Assembly (NCBI GenBank): GCA_030390025.1
Contig: JASTWF010000121.1
Coordinates: 310,001 to 374,000, forward strand
DNA length: 64,000 bases
Direction: 5' to 3'
Source: Squalus acanthias
Lineage: Eukaryota
The notes beneath the pieces were generated by a model, which had not been told where the DNA came from, ran no database searches, and saw nothing but the letters and a program-made list of their open reading frames with translations. Made by a program: the position numbers and the translations under genes. Shown in pieces: positions 24,584 through 37,726 of the stretch; the stretch's first letter is position 1, and each line of letters opens with the position of its first letter.

Positions 24584-24626
24584 GCATTACAGCGACCGGA
24601 TCAGTCCATATACAGTGAGCTTAAAG
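24584..24626 (+). CDS. Cassette A cytoplasmic exon 3 (second half of ITAM)
   Basis: ctctgttctctgttag|...|gtatgt, phase 0 to 1. Encodes ALQRPDQSIYSELK; joined to the previous exon it gives YMAL-QRPDQSI-YSEL. Confidence 0.85.
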
Positions 24627-24704
24627 GTATGTTTCTGTAACATTTGACAAGGGTAGAGGCAAAGCTTGTGATATCTGTCACTTTTTGTATAAATGGTGAA
24701 TCTG

Positions 24705-25240
24705 TGGGAAAACATTAAAGGTAATCCAAAAGTCTTCTATAGGCATATAAATAATAAACGGGTTGTAAGAGGCGGGGTGGGGCCGATTAGGGACCAAAAA
24801 GGAGATCTATGCATGGAGGCAGAGGGCATGGCTGAGGTACTAAATGAGTACTTTGCATCTGTCTTCACCAAGGAAGAGGATGCTGCCACAGACATAGTGA
24901 AAGAGGAGGTAGAGGAGATACTGGATGGGATAAAAATTGATAAAGAAGAGGTACTAGAAAGGCTGGCTGTACTTAAAGTAGATAAGTCACCAGGACCGGA
25001 TGGGATATATCCTAGGATGCTGAGGGAAGTGAAGGAAGAAATTACGGAGGTACTGGCCATAATCTTCCAATCCTCCTCAGAAACAGGGGTGGTGACAGAG
25101 GACTGGAGAATTGCAAATGTTACACCCTTGTTCAAAAAGGGTGTAATGATAAACCCAGCAACTACAGGCCAGTCAGTTTAACCTCAGTAGTGAGGAAGCT
25201 TTTAGAAACAATAATCAGGGACAAAATTAACAGTCACTCT
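24705..25240 (+). mobile_element. CR1 ORF2 fragment in the last intron of cassette A
   Basis: NPKVFYRHIN...LNEYFASVFT...KSPGPDGIYPR...DWRIANVTPLFKKG. Confidence 0.9.
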
Positions 25241-25378
25241 AACTATCAGGGCACGAAGTTTAAAAATTAGGATACTTCCTGGGTAAACACATCAGAGGAT
25301 CTGGAATTATCTTTTATTGTCACATTTGTTGCGAGATTAATTTTGGAAATTGCTCTATTTTTAATTTTGTTTGAACAG

Positions 25379-25404
25379 GCTATAAACAAACTGCCGACAT
25401 CTGA
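25379..25404 (+). CDS. Cassette A terminal coding exon
   Basis: ttttaattttgtttgaacag| phase 1. Encodes (G)YKQTADI followed by TGA. Confidence 0.65.
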
Positions 25405-26899
25405 ACTACAGAAGAAATCTTTCCGTAAGCTGTCATTCTGGGACCAGGAACATAAGGACTATTAGGGACTTGCCCAAAAAGCCTGTTCCTTATTTCATAG
25501 ATCAACCCTGTCTATCCACCTCCTCCCCATATCCCCACCTCCTCCCCACATCCCACCCTATCTAGGCATCTTTTCACCATATCCCACCCCACCTACCTAC
25601 CTCACTATATTGCTCAATCCCTACTCTCTCCAGAAACACTCCTCTTCTATCTATCGAATCAACGTCCTTCCCTAGAATTTATTCCACAACTCTATTATCC
25701 TTTGCTTCAAAAAGAATCTGTCAGACTTCCCTCTTTTGCTCCTAATTTTTAAACTTTGTGTCCTGATAGTTGAGGCCTTTGCCACAATGAACAATTTGCC
25801 TGGATCAATTCTGTCAATGTCAGAATTTTGAAAAGTTGCTCTCTTCTCCAAAGGAAAAGAACTGAAATTCAATACAGATGTCCAGAACCACCTTCAATGT
25901 TCACCTCTGCACCTTCTGAAGGGCGGTAGCAGCCTTTCTGGATTGAGTGACTAGACTGTGGAGGAGAAAATGCCCGAAGAATTGGTTTAGATGTGTCTTC
26001 AAAATGGAGTCAGTCATGAGACTGAATGCTGGGAAAGTAAAGGACGAATGCTAATTAAACATCGAAGGCTTAAACAAACAAAAAAATCCTTCCCAGGGAT
26101 TGAAGACAAGCCATCAACACCACAGGTCCAGCGATAGCTCATTAAGGGACATTACGATGTCCTACCTTATCTGGGCCTGTGTATAACCCTTTTGTTAGCA
26201 AAGAATGAGAAGCTCGAGAGTGAACGAGTGACCTGGCATGACTAGGGCCCAGTGTTTAATTGAGATGGAAGAGATCTGGGATGCCAACAGGTCTGTGTGA
26301 GGTTATTGACAGCAGAAGGGTTCAACTCTTCTAACACATTTTTTATTCATTCACGGGATGTGGGCGTTGCTGGCAAGGCTGACATTTATTGCCCATCCCT
26401 AATAAATGTGACATGCAAACCAGATTAAAGTTGGTAAGAAAGGTGTAAGAAATCGTGAATCTTCAGACTGATGTTAGAATAACTGGAGAGACGCTTAGAA
26501 TTTGCTGATGTTCTCGGTTCCCTGCGGATGGTCTAACATTCTGCACCGTGGCGGTGACCTTGTTCCCAGACTCGCTGTCTGCTGTTTGTGTGCTAGAAAG
26601 GTTGTTGACTGTATCTTTGATAATCTACCCTAGGCCCAGCCCTAAAAAGAGAGTAAAAGAGAGATCTAAAGAGCTTTTAGCACAGACGGTGAAGGGAAGG
26701 GAAGAGCTTTTCGGGCACGCCAGCCGTCTGTCCGATCGGGACCGATACCAGCTGCTTGTCACGGTCGTATGTCGACTATGTCTATCTTGATTGCGTGTTG
26801 TACTTAACTTAAACTGCCGCTCCTTAATAAAATGCCTTACAACTCCTAAGACCCTTTGGGTAATCTGTGTGTGACCTGTGATCCAAAACGTACAAAGGG

Positions 26900-27648
26900 G
26901 AAAGAGTGGGAGTTCAGGGTAGTTTCTCAGAGTGGGTGAAGTGGGCAGTGGTGTCCCACAGGGTTCCGTTCTGGGCCCACTTCCGTTCACTGTGTACATC
27001 AATGATTTGGATACAGGGCTAGAGAGAGTGGTGTCGAAATTTGAAGACGATATCAAAATAGGAGGGATAATTAATTCTTTAGAAGACCAAAGGAAGCTGC
27101 AAAGGGATATTGCTAAGATGGGGGAATGGGCTAAAAAGTGGCAGATGTAAGTCAATGACTGTAAGTGCCTGGTAATACATTATGGTAAAAGAAGTAACAG
27201 CAGTAATGATACTGTGAATGGGAGTGTGCTCGCGGCTGGGGAAGAGCAGAGCCATTTGGGGATCCAGGGTCACAGGACATTAAAGGCAGCTCCTCAGATA
27301 AGGCTGTAAAAAAAGCTAATGGGATTCTAGGTTTTATCTCAAGAGGTATAGAATATAAAAGCCCAGAGGTAATGATGAACCTGCATAAAACCTTAATAAG
27401 ACCTCAGTTAGAGGACTGTGTGCAGTATTGGGCTCCACTATAGGAAGGATATCGAGGCGTCAGCGAGGGAACAGCACAGATTCACTGGGATGCTGCCTGA
27501 TATGAGGAAATACAAATACAAAGAAGGACTTGAGAAATTTGGTCTTTTTCATTAGAACAATGCAGATTACGGGCCGATATAATCAGTGTGTAAAATTATG
27601 AAAGGATGGGACAGGGGTAGAAGTAAACTTTCCAGTAGTTGAGGGTCT
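26900..27648 (+). mobile_element. Degenerate CR1 RT fragment running into the gap
   Basis: SGVPQGSVLGP...YINDLD...SKFEDD. Confidence 0.85.
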
Positions 27649-28441
27649 NNNNNNNNNNNNNNNNNNNNNNNNNNNNNNNNNNNNNNNNNNNNNNNNNNNN
27701 NNNNNNNNNNNNNNNNNNNNNNNNNNNNNNNNNNNNNNNNNNNNNNNNNNNNNNNNNNNNNNNNNNNNNNNNNNNNNNNNNNNNNNNNNNNNNNNNNNNN
27801 NNNNNNNNNNNNNNNNNNNNNNNNNNNNNNNNNNNNNNNNNNNNNNNNNNNNNNNNNNNNNNNNNNNNNNNNNNNNNNNNNNNNNNNNNNNNNNNNNNNN
27901 NNNNNNNNNNNNNNNNNNNNNNNNNNNNNNNNNNNNNNNNNNNNNNNNNNNNNNNNNNNNNNNNNNNNNNNNNNNNNNNNNNNNNNNNNNNNNNNNNNNN
28001 NNNNNNNNNNNNNNNNNNNNNNNNNNNNNNNNNNNNNNNNNNNNNNNNNNNNNNNNNNNNNNNNNNNNNNNNNNNNNNNNNNNNNNNNNNNNNNNNNNNN
28101 NNNNNNNNNNNNNNNNNNNNNNNNNNNNNNNNNNNNNNNNNNNNNNNNNNNNNNNNNNNNNNNNNNNNNNNNNNNNNNNNNNNNNNNNNNNNNNNNNNNN
28201 NNNNNNNNNNNNNNNNNNNNNNNNNNNNNNNNNNNNNNNNNNNNNNNNNNNNNNNNNNNNNNNNNNNNNNNNNNNNNNNNNNNNNNNNNNNNNNNNNNNN
28301 NNNNNNNNNNNNNNNNNNNNNNNNNNNNNNNNNNNNNNNNNNNNNNNNNNNNNNNNNNNNNNNNNNNNNNNNNNNNNNNNNNNNNNNNNNNNNNNNNNNN
28401 NNNNNNNNNNNNNNNNNNNNNNNNNNNNNNNNNNNNNNNNN
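27649..28441. other. Assembly gap (793 N)
   Basis: Run of n. Confidence 1.
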
Positions 28442-28646
28442 TGTTTCTGTGTCTGTGTGTCTGTCTGTGTCTGTGTGTCTGTCTGTGTGTCTGTGTGTTT
28501 CTGTGTTTGTCTGTTTCTGTGTCTGTGTGTCTGTCTGTGTCTATGTCTGTCTGTGTCTGTGTCTGTGTGTCTGTCTGTGTCTGTGTGTGTGTGTCTGTGT
28601 GTCTGTCTGTGTCTGTGTGTCTGTCTGTGTCTGTCTGTTTCTGTCT
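28442..28646. repeat. (GT/GTCT)n compound microsatellite; a similar tract lies at 30412-30643
   Basis: Direct inspection. Confidence 0.95.
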
Positions 28647-28647
28647 A

Positions 28648-30409
28648 TGGGGGGAATTTTCCAGGGGGTCAGTGGCGGGATTGATGGTGGGTCGGGTGGG
28701 GAAGAAGTTTTCTTTGACAGCGGGTCGGGACCTCGCTGTCAACCTGCCGCAACGCGCCTTTCCCAAGGTCGGGTCTGTCAGCGCTGAGCAGACCCAGCAC
28801 GCAGCGGTGGGCGACCCAATTAAGCTCATTGTTGCCTTGTTGACAGATCATTAACAGGATTTTTTAACTTACCTTTTCACTTGAACTTCATGGCCACGGG
28901 AACCACGCTGTTCGGGGACCACGGCTGTCAACCTGAGGCGGGAGTTCAGTGGCCATTGCTCCAGCTGATTCTTTGACAGCTTCAAATGTACAGTAAAAGC
29001 TCCCACCTGATAGATCATCACTTTCCTCAGCCACAAGCTGTATCTCAGTCCATTTCCAGCACAGATTCTGCAGGCTTTCCACTTTCCACTCTCCATCCAG
29101 TATCACCTCATTGGAAGAACTCTCTCACCATTGACAGATCGCTTCTGTCATCTCTACTTCACCTGCCATCTATTCCATCAGCATGGGTGCCCTTTATACT
29201 GTCTCACCTTGGTCCTCAGAATACCCCCACGATCAACACCAACACCAGCAGCTGCAGGCACACCAGCAGCACCAACAACAACACCAACCTTCTCCGCAAT
29301 CACCTGATGCTGCACAGGACAGAGAGCATCAGCACCCGAGCACATTGCTGCCCGAGAGGCCGGCGATGGCCTCACCATGGCCAGATTTACTTCACTTGAC
29401 GCTGTACACCCTGGCTGCCACATGATGCGCCAGTTTGGCACCACCCCACACCAGTACCATAAAGCATCCCTACAATGTCCAAGCCATTCCTTTCACACTC
29501 ATCAGCATTGCGGGGGGTACCGTTATGTCTCTCCATTCACTGCAACTCACTAAGCCACTTCCAAAGGTGCACACAAATCTGTCCAAGAATGGAAAGTGTT
29601 GAAAATAAAGGTTTCAATGTTTGACAGCATATTAACAGAAACTTTACATGAATATTGAATAAAACACCCAAGTGGCTACCCTTGTGTGTTGTTAGTTGGT
29701 ATGATTGGACGAGGATGAGGGTGAGTGTGAGGGGTGGTTAGTGAGATGGGGATGTGATAATGTAGATAGAGAGGGATGGATGAGTGGAGGTGCAAGGTAA
29801 GTTGGTGTGAGTAAGGATGTGCAGGAGTAGGGCAGGGAAGGCAGAGTGATGGGGATGTGATCAGAGGCACAGCAGGATATAGGTGAGTGTGGCTTTGTAA
29901 TAATGTTTCATGATCTAATGAGATAATTGATCGGTTTGCGCCACTGCAGCCTGGTCCTCCTGACGACATCCCTGCTTGTGCCCTCCTGTGCAATGTGCAA
30001 CCAGGCTGCGTTGATCTCCTGGGGAGGTCTCTTCCGTCCATTGGAACGGAAGAGGACCTCCCTGCGTGCTGTGACTCCCTCCATAAGCATGTGGAAGGAG
30101 TCATGGGAGAGCCTGGGTGCAGCCCTGTACCTTTGTGTAGTGCAACACCTCAATACTGCAGAACACTGACAGCACAAATGTCAAAAGAAAGTTGGCCATG
30201 GTCCCTTTAAGAAAACCGGCTGATGCGGCGTCATGAAATGACGTCACCAGACCCGCTTCCTCTAATTGGCCAGGAAACTCGCTGGACGGGCTTAACAAGC
30301 CCAATCAATGGAAAGTCATTTCAGACAGCGGGATGGAGACAGCAGCGGGGGTGGGACCCGCCACCAACGTCGCTCGCCCCGGACCCGCCGAGGTGAATAA
30401 ATCCCAGCC
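28648..30409. mobile_element. PIF/Harbinger transposon relic with a minus-strand Myb/SANT-like ORF
   Basis: 29908-30177(-) RAAPRLS...LMEGVTARREVLF...AW..IA..........RT..QWRK resembles Harbinger Myb/SANT-like proteins. GC-rich ends; inserted in the microsatellite. Confidence 0.7.
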
Positions 30410-30644
30410 ATTGTGTCTGTGTCTGTCTGTGGTGTGTGCATCTGTGGTGTGTGTCTGTGGTCTGTGTGTGTCTGTCTGTGTGGTGTGCATCTGTCTGTGT
30501 GTGCGTCTGTGGTCTGTGCGTCTGTGGTGTGTGCATCTATCTGTGTGTCTGTGGTCTGTGGTGTGCATCTATCTGTGTGTCTGTGGTGTGTGCATCTATC
30601 TGTGTGTCTGTGGTGTGTGTGTCTGTGGTGTGTGTGTCTGTGTG

Positions 30645-30955
30645 AATCACAGAATCCCCACAGTGCAGATAGAGGCCATTTCGGCCCATCGAGCCTGCAC
30701 CGACACATATCCCACCCAATCCCCATAACCCACGTATTAATCCCCCTAACACTAAGGGTCAATTTATCATAGCCAAATCAACCTAACCCACACATCTTTG
30801 GACTGTGGGATGAAACCGGAGCACCCGGAGAAAACCCACGCAGACACGGGGAGAATGTGCAAACTCCACACAGACAGTCACCCGTGGCCGGATTCGAACC
30901 CGGGTCCCTGGCGCTGTGAGGCAACAGTGCTAACCACTATGCCACCGTGTTACCC
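30645..30955 (-). mobile_element. HE1-like V-SINE
   Basis: The minus strand reads tRNA head ggtggcatagtggttagcactgttgcctcacagcgccagggacccgggttcgaatcc, V-domain tgtgtggagtttgcacattctccccgtgtctgcgtgggttt and a CR1-like tail. Confidence 0.9.
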
Positions 30956-31692
30956 TGTGTGTCTGTGGTGTGTGCATCTGTCTGTGTATCAGATAAGGAG
31001 CGAGAGGAGCTGAGCTCCATCTAACTACAGAATAAGACTGAGCCAATTCCTTTCCTGTTTCCACACAGCGGTGATAAAACCTTCCTGTAGATTCATCCTC
31101 ATAACTCTGTCACTTTTCCAAACAGGACTTGCCACATTTCCTTTCCAGCTCTCTGCCGCTGAACACAATCTCTCTGAGCTGCCTGTCCGAAGAACATAAG
31201 AACATGAGAAATAGAAGCAGGAGGAGGCCATTTGGCCCTCGAGCCTGCTCCGCCATTCAACAAGATCATGGCTGGTCTGATCTTGGCCTCAACTCCACTT
31301 CCCTGCCCACTCCCCATAACCCTTGACTCCCTTATCATTCAAAATTCTGTCTATCTCCACCTTAAATATATTAAATGACACAGCCTCCACAGCTCTCTGG
31401 CGTAGAGAATTCCACAGATTCAGTAATAATGAACGTTTTGCAGAAGTGGCCATGAGGAATGTGTCCGTGTGTCGGTCTGTGTCTGTGCGTCAAATCACTA
31501 GCATGGTGGAGGGTTATGACAAAAACTGTGCAGATCTTCCCTTCACTCGTGAAGAAATTAGAGGCCATTGTGAACATGTCTTAGTGCCACCTGTTACAAA
31601 ACCTGGCAGTAAAACTGTTCTCATATTGTGTAAACAGTATCACAGTGATAAACTGCCACCCTTCTCCCCTCCCCTTCCAGCTCATGCTGATT

Positions 31693-34600
31693 GCCCTCTC
31701 TCCCCCTCCCCCAGTCCATGTTCTCCCCTCTCTCCCCTCCCCCAGTCCATGTCCACTCCTCTCTCCGCTCCCCCAGTCCATGTTCTCTCGTCTCCCCTCC
31801 CCCAGTCCATGTTCTCTCCTCTCCCACTCCCCCAGTCCATGATCTCCTCTCTCCCCCTCCCCAGTCCATGTTCTCTCCTCTATCCCCTCCCCCAGTCCAT
31901 GTTCTCTCCTCTCCCACTCCCCCAGTCCATGTTCTCCTCTCTCCCCCTCCCCCAGTCCATGTTCTCCTCTCTCCCCTCCCCCAGTCCATGTTCTCCTCTC
32001 TCCCCTCCCCCAGTCCATGTTCTCCTCTCTCCCCTCCCCCAGTCCATGTTCTCCTCTCTCCCCTCCCCCAGTCCATGTTCTCCTCTCTCCCCTCCCCCAG
32101 TCCATTTTCTCCTCTCTCCCCTCCCCAAGTCCATGTTCTTCTCTCTCCCCTCCCCCAGTCCATGTTCTCTCCTCTCTCCCCCTCCCCCAGTCCATGTTCT
32201 CTCCTCTCTCCCCTCCCCCAGTCCATGTTCTCCTCTCTCCCCCTCCCCCAGTCCATGTTCTTCTCTCTCCACCTACCCAGTTCATGTTCTCTCCTCTCTC
32301 CCCTCCACCAGTCCATGTTCTCTCCTCTCTCCCCCTCCCCCAGTCCATGTTCTCCACTCTCCCCTCCCCCAGTCCATGTTCTCTCCTCTCTCTCCCCCTC
32401 CCCCAGTCCATGTTCTCCTCTCTCCACCTCCCCCAGTTCATGTTCTCTCCTCTCTCCCCTCCCCCAGTCCATGATCTCCTCTCTCCCCCCCCCAGTCCAT
32501 GTTCTCTCCTCTCTCCCCTCCCCCAGTCCATGTTCTCTCCTCTCTCCCCCTCCCCCAGTCCATGTTCTCCTCTCTCCCCCTCCCCCAGTCCATGTTCTCC
32601 TCTCTCCCCCTCCCCAGTCCATGTTCTCTCCTCTCTCCCCTCCCCCAGTCCATGTTCTCCTCTCTCCCTCCCCCAGTCCATGTTCTCCTCTCTCCCCTCC
32701 CCCAGTCCATGTCTCCTCTCTCCCCTCCCCCAGTCCATGTTCTCCTCTCTCCCCTCCCCCAGTCCATGTTCTCCTCTCTCCCCCTCCCCCAGTCCATGTT
32801 CTCTCTCTCCCCTCCCCAGTCCATGTTCTCCTCTCTCCCCTCCCCAGTCCATGTTCTCTCTCTCTCCCCTCCCCCAGTCCATGTTCTCCTCTCTCCCCTC
32901 CCCCAGTCCATGTTCTCCTCTCTCCCCTCCCCCAGTCCATGTTCTCTCTCTCTCCCCTCCCCCAGTCCATGTTCTCCTCTCTCCCCTCCCCAGTCCATGT
33001 TCTCCCTCTCTCCCCTCCCCCAGTCCATGTTCTCCTCTCTCCCCCTCCCCCAGTCCATGTTCTCCTGTCTCCCCCTCCCCCAGTCCATGTTCTCCTCTCT
33101 CCCCCTCCCCCAGTCCAAGTTCTCTCCTCTCTCCCCCTCCCCCAGTCCATGTTCTCCTCTCTCCCCCTCCCCCAGTCCATGTTCTCTCCTCTCTCCTCCC
33201 CCAGTCCATGTTCTCCTCTCTCCCCCTCCCCCAGTCCATGTTCAGCTTCTCCCCCTCCCCCAGTCCATGTTCTCCTCTCTCCCCCTCCCCCAGTCCATGT
33301 TCTCCTCTCTCCCCCTCCCCCAGTACATGTTCTCCTCTCTCCCCTCCCCCAGTCCATGTTCTCTCCTCTCTCCCCTCCCCCAGTCCATGTTCTCCTCTCT
33401 AACCCTCCCCCAGTCCATGTTCTCTCCTCTCTCCCCCTCCCTCAGTCCATGTTCTCCTCTCTCCCCTCCCCCAGTCCATGTTCTCTCCTCTCTCCCCTCC
33501 CCCAGTCCATGTTCTCCACTCTCCCCCTCCCCCAGTCCATATTCTCCTCTCTCCCCTCCCCCAGTCCATGTTCTCCTCTCTTCCCCTCCCCCAGTCAATG
33601 TACTCTCCTCTCTCCCCCTCCCCCAGTCCATGTCCTCCACTCTCCCCCTCCCCCAGTCCATGTTCTCTCATCTCTCCCCCTCCCCCAGTCCATGTTCTCT
33701 CCTCTCTCCCCCTCCCCCAGTCCATGTCCTCCACTCTCCCCCTCCCCCAGTCCATGTTCTCTCATCTCTCCCCCTCCCCCAGTCCATGTTCTCTCCTCTC
33801 TCCCCTCCCCCAGTCCATGTTCTCCTCTCTCCCCTCCTCCAGTCCATGTTCTCCTCTCTCCCCCTCCCCAGTCCATTTCCCCCTCTCTCCCCCTCCCCCA
33901 GTCCATGTTCTCCTCTCTCCCCTCCCCCAGTCCATGTTCTCTCCTCTCTCCCCTCCCCCAGTCCATGTTCTCCTCTCTCCCCCTCCCCAGTCCATGTTCC
34001 CCCTCTCTCCACCTCCCCCAGTCCATGTTCTCCTCTCTCCCCTCCCCCAGTCCATGTTCTCCTCTCTCCCCTCCCCCAGTCCATGTTCTCTCCTCTCTCC
34101 CCCTCCCCCAGTCCATGTTCTCCTCTCTCCCCTCCCCCAGTCCATGTTCTCCTCTGTCCCCCTCCCCCAGTCCATGTTCTCTCCTCTCTCCCCTCCCCCA
34201 GTCCATGTTCTCCTCTCTCCCCCTCCCCCAGTCCATGTTCTCTCCTCTCTCCCCTCCCCCAGTCCATGTTCTCCACTCTCCCCCTCCCCCAGTCCATGTT
34301 CTCCTCTCTCCCACTCCCCCAGTCCATGTTCTTCCCTATCTCCCCCTCCCCCAGTCCATGTTCTCCTCTCTCCCCTCCCCCAGTCCATGTTCTCCTCACT
34401 CCCCCTCCCCCAGTCCATGTTCTCCTCTCTCCCCCTCCCCCAGTCAATGTTCTCTCCTCTCTCCCCCTCCCCCAGTCCATGTTCTCCACTCTCCCCTCCC
34501 CCAGTCCATGTTCTCTCATCTCTCCCCCTCCCCCAGTCCATGTTCTCTCCTCTCTCCCCTCCCCCAGTCCATGTTCTCTCCTCTCTCCCCTCCCCCAGTC

Positions 34601-36206
34601 CATGTTCTCCTCACTCCCCCTCCCCAGTCCATTTCCCCCTCTCTCCCCCTCCCCCAGTCCATGTTCTCCTCTCTCCCCTCCCCCAGTCCATGTTCTCTCC
34701 TCTCTCCACCTCCCCCAGTCCATGTTCTCCTATCTCCCCCTCCCCCAGTTCATGATTCCTCTCTCCCCTCCCCTAGTCCATGTTCTCCTCTCTCCCCTCC
34801 CGCCAGTCCTTGTTCTCTCCTCTCTCCCCCTCCCCCAGTCTATGTTCTCTACTTCCTCCCCCTCCCCCATCCAGGTTCTCCTCTCTCCCCTCCCCCAGTC
34901 CATGTTCTCCTCTCTCCCCTCCCTCAGTCCATGTTCTCCACTCTCTCCCCTCCGCCAGTCCATGTTCTCCTCTCTCCCACTCCCAAAGTCCATGTTCTCT
35001 CCTCTCTCGCCCTCCCCAAGTCCATGTTCTCCGCTCTCCCCCTCCCCGAGTCCATGTTCTCCTCTCTCCCCCTCCCCCAGTCCATGTTCTCCTCTCTCCC
35101 CCTCCACCTGTCCATGTTCTCCTCTCTCCCCCTCCCCCAGTCCATGTTCTCTCCTCTCTCCCCCTCCCCCAGTCCATGTTCTCTCCTCTCTCCCCCACCC
35201 CAGTCCATGTTCTCTCCTCTCTCCCCCTCCCCCAGTCCATGTTCTCCTCTCTCCCCCTCCCCCAGTCCATGTTCTCTCCTCTCTCCCCTCCCCCAGTCCA
35301 TGTCCTGCTCTCTCCCCCTCCCCCAGTCCATGTTCTCTCCTCTCTCCCCCTCCCCCAGTCCATGTTCTCCTCTCTACCCCTCCCCCAGTCCATGTTCTCC
35401 TCTCTCCCCTCCCCCAGTCCATGTTCTCCTTTCTCCCCCACCCCAGTCCATGTTCTCTCCTCTCTCCCCCTCCCCCAGTCCATGTTCTCCTCTCTCCCCT
35501 CCCCCAGTCCATGTTCTCCTCTCTCCCCCTGCCCCAGTCCATGTTCTCCTCTCTCCCCTCCCCCAGTCCATGTTCTCTCCTCTCTCCCCTCCCCCAGTCC
35601 ATGTTCTCCTCTCTCCCCTCCCCCAGTCCATGTTCTCCTCTCTCCCCTCCCCCAGTCCATGTTCTCCTCTCTCCCCCTCCCCCAGTCCATGTTCTCCTCT
35701 CTCCCCTCCCCCAGTCCATGTTCTCCTCTCTCCCCCTCCCCCAGTCCATGTTCTCTCCTCTCTCCCCCTCCCCCAGTCCATGTTCTCTCTCTCCCCCTCC
35801 CCAGTCCATGTTCTCTCCTCTCTCCCCCTCCCCCAGTCCATGTTCTCCTCTCTCCCCTCCCCCAGTCCATGTTCTCTCCTCTCTCCCCTCCCCAGTCCAT
35901 GTTCTCCTCTCTCCCCTCCCCCAGTCTATGTTCTCCTCTCTCCCCCTCCCCCAGTCCATGTTCTCCTCTCTCTCCCCTCCCCAGTCCATGTTCTCTCTCT
36001 CTCCCCTCCCCCAGTCCATGTTCTCTCTCTCCCCCTCCCCCAGTCCATGTTCTCTCCTCTCTCCCCTCCCCCAGTCCAGGTTCTCTCCTCTCTCCCCTCC
36101 CCCAGTCCAGGAACTCTCCTCTCTCCCTCCCCCCCAGTCCATGTTCTCTCCTTCTTCCCTCCCCAGTCCATGTTCTCTCCTCTCTCCCCCTCCCCCAGTC
36201 CATGTT
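31693..36206. repeat. 4.5-kb pyrimidine-rich minisatellite with a 28-32 bp unit (ccccagtccatgttctcctctctcccct)
   Basis: Direct inspection; roughly 150 units. Confidence 0.98.
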
Positions 36207-36294
36207 GATAGTCTCTCGAACATCTAGTAGGTTAGAATTTTGTTCAATGTAATAATAGTAAAAGAAAAGTTTAGGACGAGGGTGTCTGATTTTT

Positions 36295-36955
36295 TATAAT
36301 TCATTCTCGGGATGTGGGCGTCACTGGCAAGGCCAGCATTCACTGCCCATCCCTAGTTGCCCTTGAGAAGTTGGTGAGCCGCCTTCTTGGACCTTCTTGA
36401 ACCGCTGCAGTCCATGTGGTGAAGGTACTCCCACAGTGCTGTTAGGGAGGGAGTTCCAGGATTTTGACCCAGCGACGATGAAGGATCAATGATATACTTC
36501 CAAGTCTCAGGTGGACGTAAAAGATTCCATGGCACTATTTCGAAGAAGAGTAGGGGAGTTATCTCCGGTGTCCTGGACAATATTTATCCCTCAATCAACA
36601 TCACTAAAACAGATTATCTGGTCATTAGCACAGTGCTGTTTGTGGGAGCTTGCTGTGTGCAAATTGGCTGCTGCGTTTCCTTCATTACAACAGTGACTAC
36701 ACTTCAAAAAGTACTTCATTGGCTGTAAAGCGCTTTCGGACATCCGGTGGTCGTGAAAGGGGCTATATAAATGAAAGTCTTTCTTTTAAGTGAGGATGGT
36801 GTGTGACTTGGAGGGGAACTTGGAGGTGGGGGTGCTCCCATTCGTCTGCTGCCCTTGTCCTTCTAGGTGGAAGAGGTCGTGGATTTGGGAGGTGCCGTCG
36901 AAGAAGCCTTGGTGAGTTGCTGCAGTGCATCTTGTAGATGGTACACACTGCAGCC
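36295..36955. mobile_element. Minus-strand LINE 3' fragment with a nested partial DeuSINE (about 36505-36785, +)
   Basis: Homology to 11465-12113 and 48139-48605. Confidence 0.75.
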
Positions 36956-37630
36956 ATAGTTTCTGCCTGCAACCGCTAACTGTGCAAGTGAATTCCAAGC
37001 CTCAGGACTTTAATTCCCAAGTAGCTATAGTTCCTGTCGCCACTGGCGAAGGTGGCCATTCCCTGGCAGCTTGCCAGCCTGAGCCCACTGCCTACGATGC
37101 AAGTGAGCTGCCCGGTGTGGGCATGGAACAGCAGGGAGTGCACGGCCACTGGGCTTCTGTCAGCGGAATGGCAGAGAGCAAATCCAGGACACTGTTCCCA
37201 AAGATTATGTTGAACTTGGTTGGAACAGGTTAGGAGGTCAAAGATGGAGAGGTCTGAGTGAGAAAGAGAAGAGGTTGAACAGCAAGCGGATTTAGATAAT
37301 GCCTTTCGCGTAAAGTGCTTCCCAGGTCACAGAGATATGAGGAAAAGAATGGTTCCCAAGCCAGGGAGGGTTGGGGAACGTGGGCCGGCAGCGAGCCGGA
37401 GTTGTGTGGCGGAGCAAGGAGGATCATTCCTGCTCCTTCCGACTCCACAAAAACAACATTTGGGAAGTTCTGGGGCTTTTTGAGGCCTTTTGTTGAGCGG
37501 TGTCCTGCGATCCCTTTAGCTTTGGCCCAAACTGCCATGTAGATCAGGCGAGGGCCTCTGCGCTGCTCAATTGGGTGTCTTTGTGCCTGTTTTAGGCCCA
37601 TAAAATGGACACAACAATGTTAAAGTAAGA

Positions 37631-37726
37631 AATAACAACAGAAAATGCTGGAAACACTCAGCAGGTCAGGCAGCATCGTGGAGAGAGAAACAGAGTTAAC
37701 GTTTCGGGTCGATGACCCTTCGTCAG
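37631..37726 (-). mobile_element. Short Penelope terminal fragment flanked by a 15-bp duplication (aatgttaaagtaaga)
   Basis: Duplication at 37616-37630 and 37727-37741; matches 3270-3370. Confidence 0.8.

Noticed and set aside
25957-26890. Possible solo LTRs here and at about 43160-43960
   Set aside because: LTR-like composition and poly(A) signals, but I could not define TG...CA ends or TSDs.
27567-28829. ORFs spanning the N gap
   Set aside because: Artefacts of Ns and microsatellite.
31323-36252. Very long Pro/Ser-rich and Gly/Glu/Arg-rich ORFs (up to 1505 aa)
   Set aside because: Translations of a stop-free minisatellite, open in several frames on both strands.
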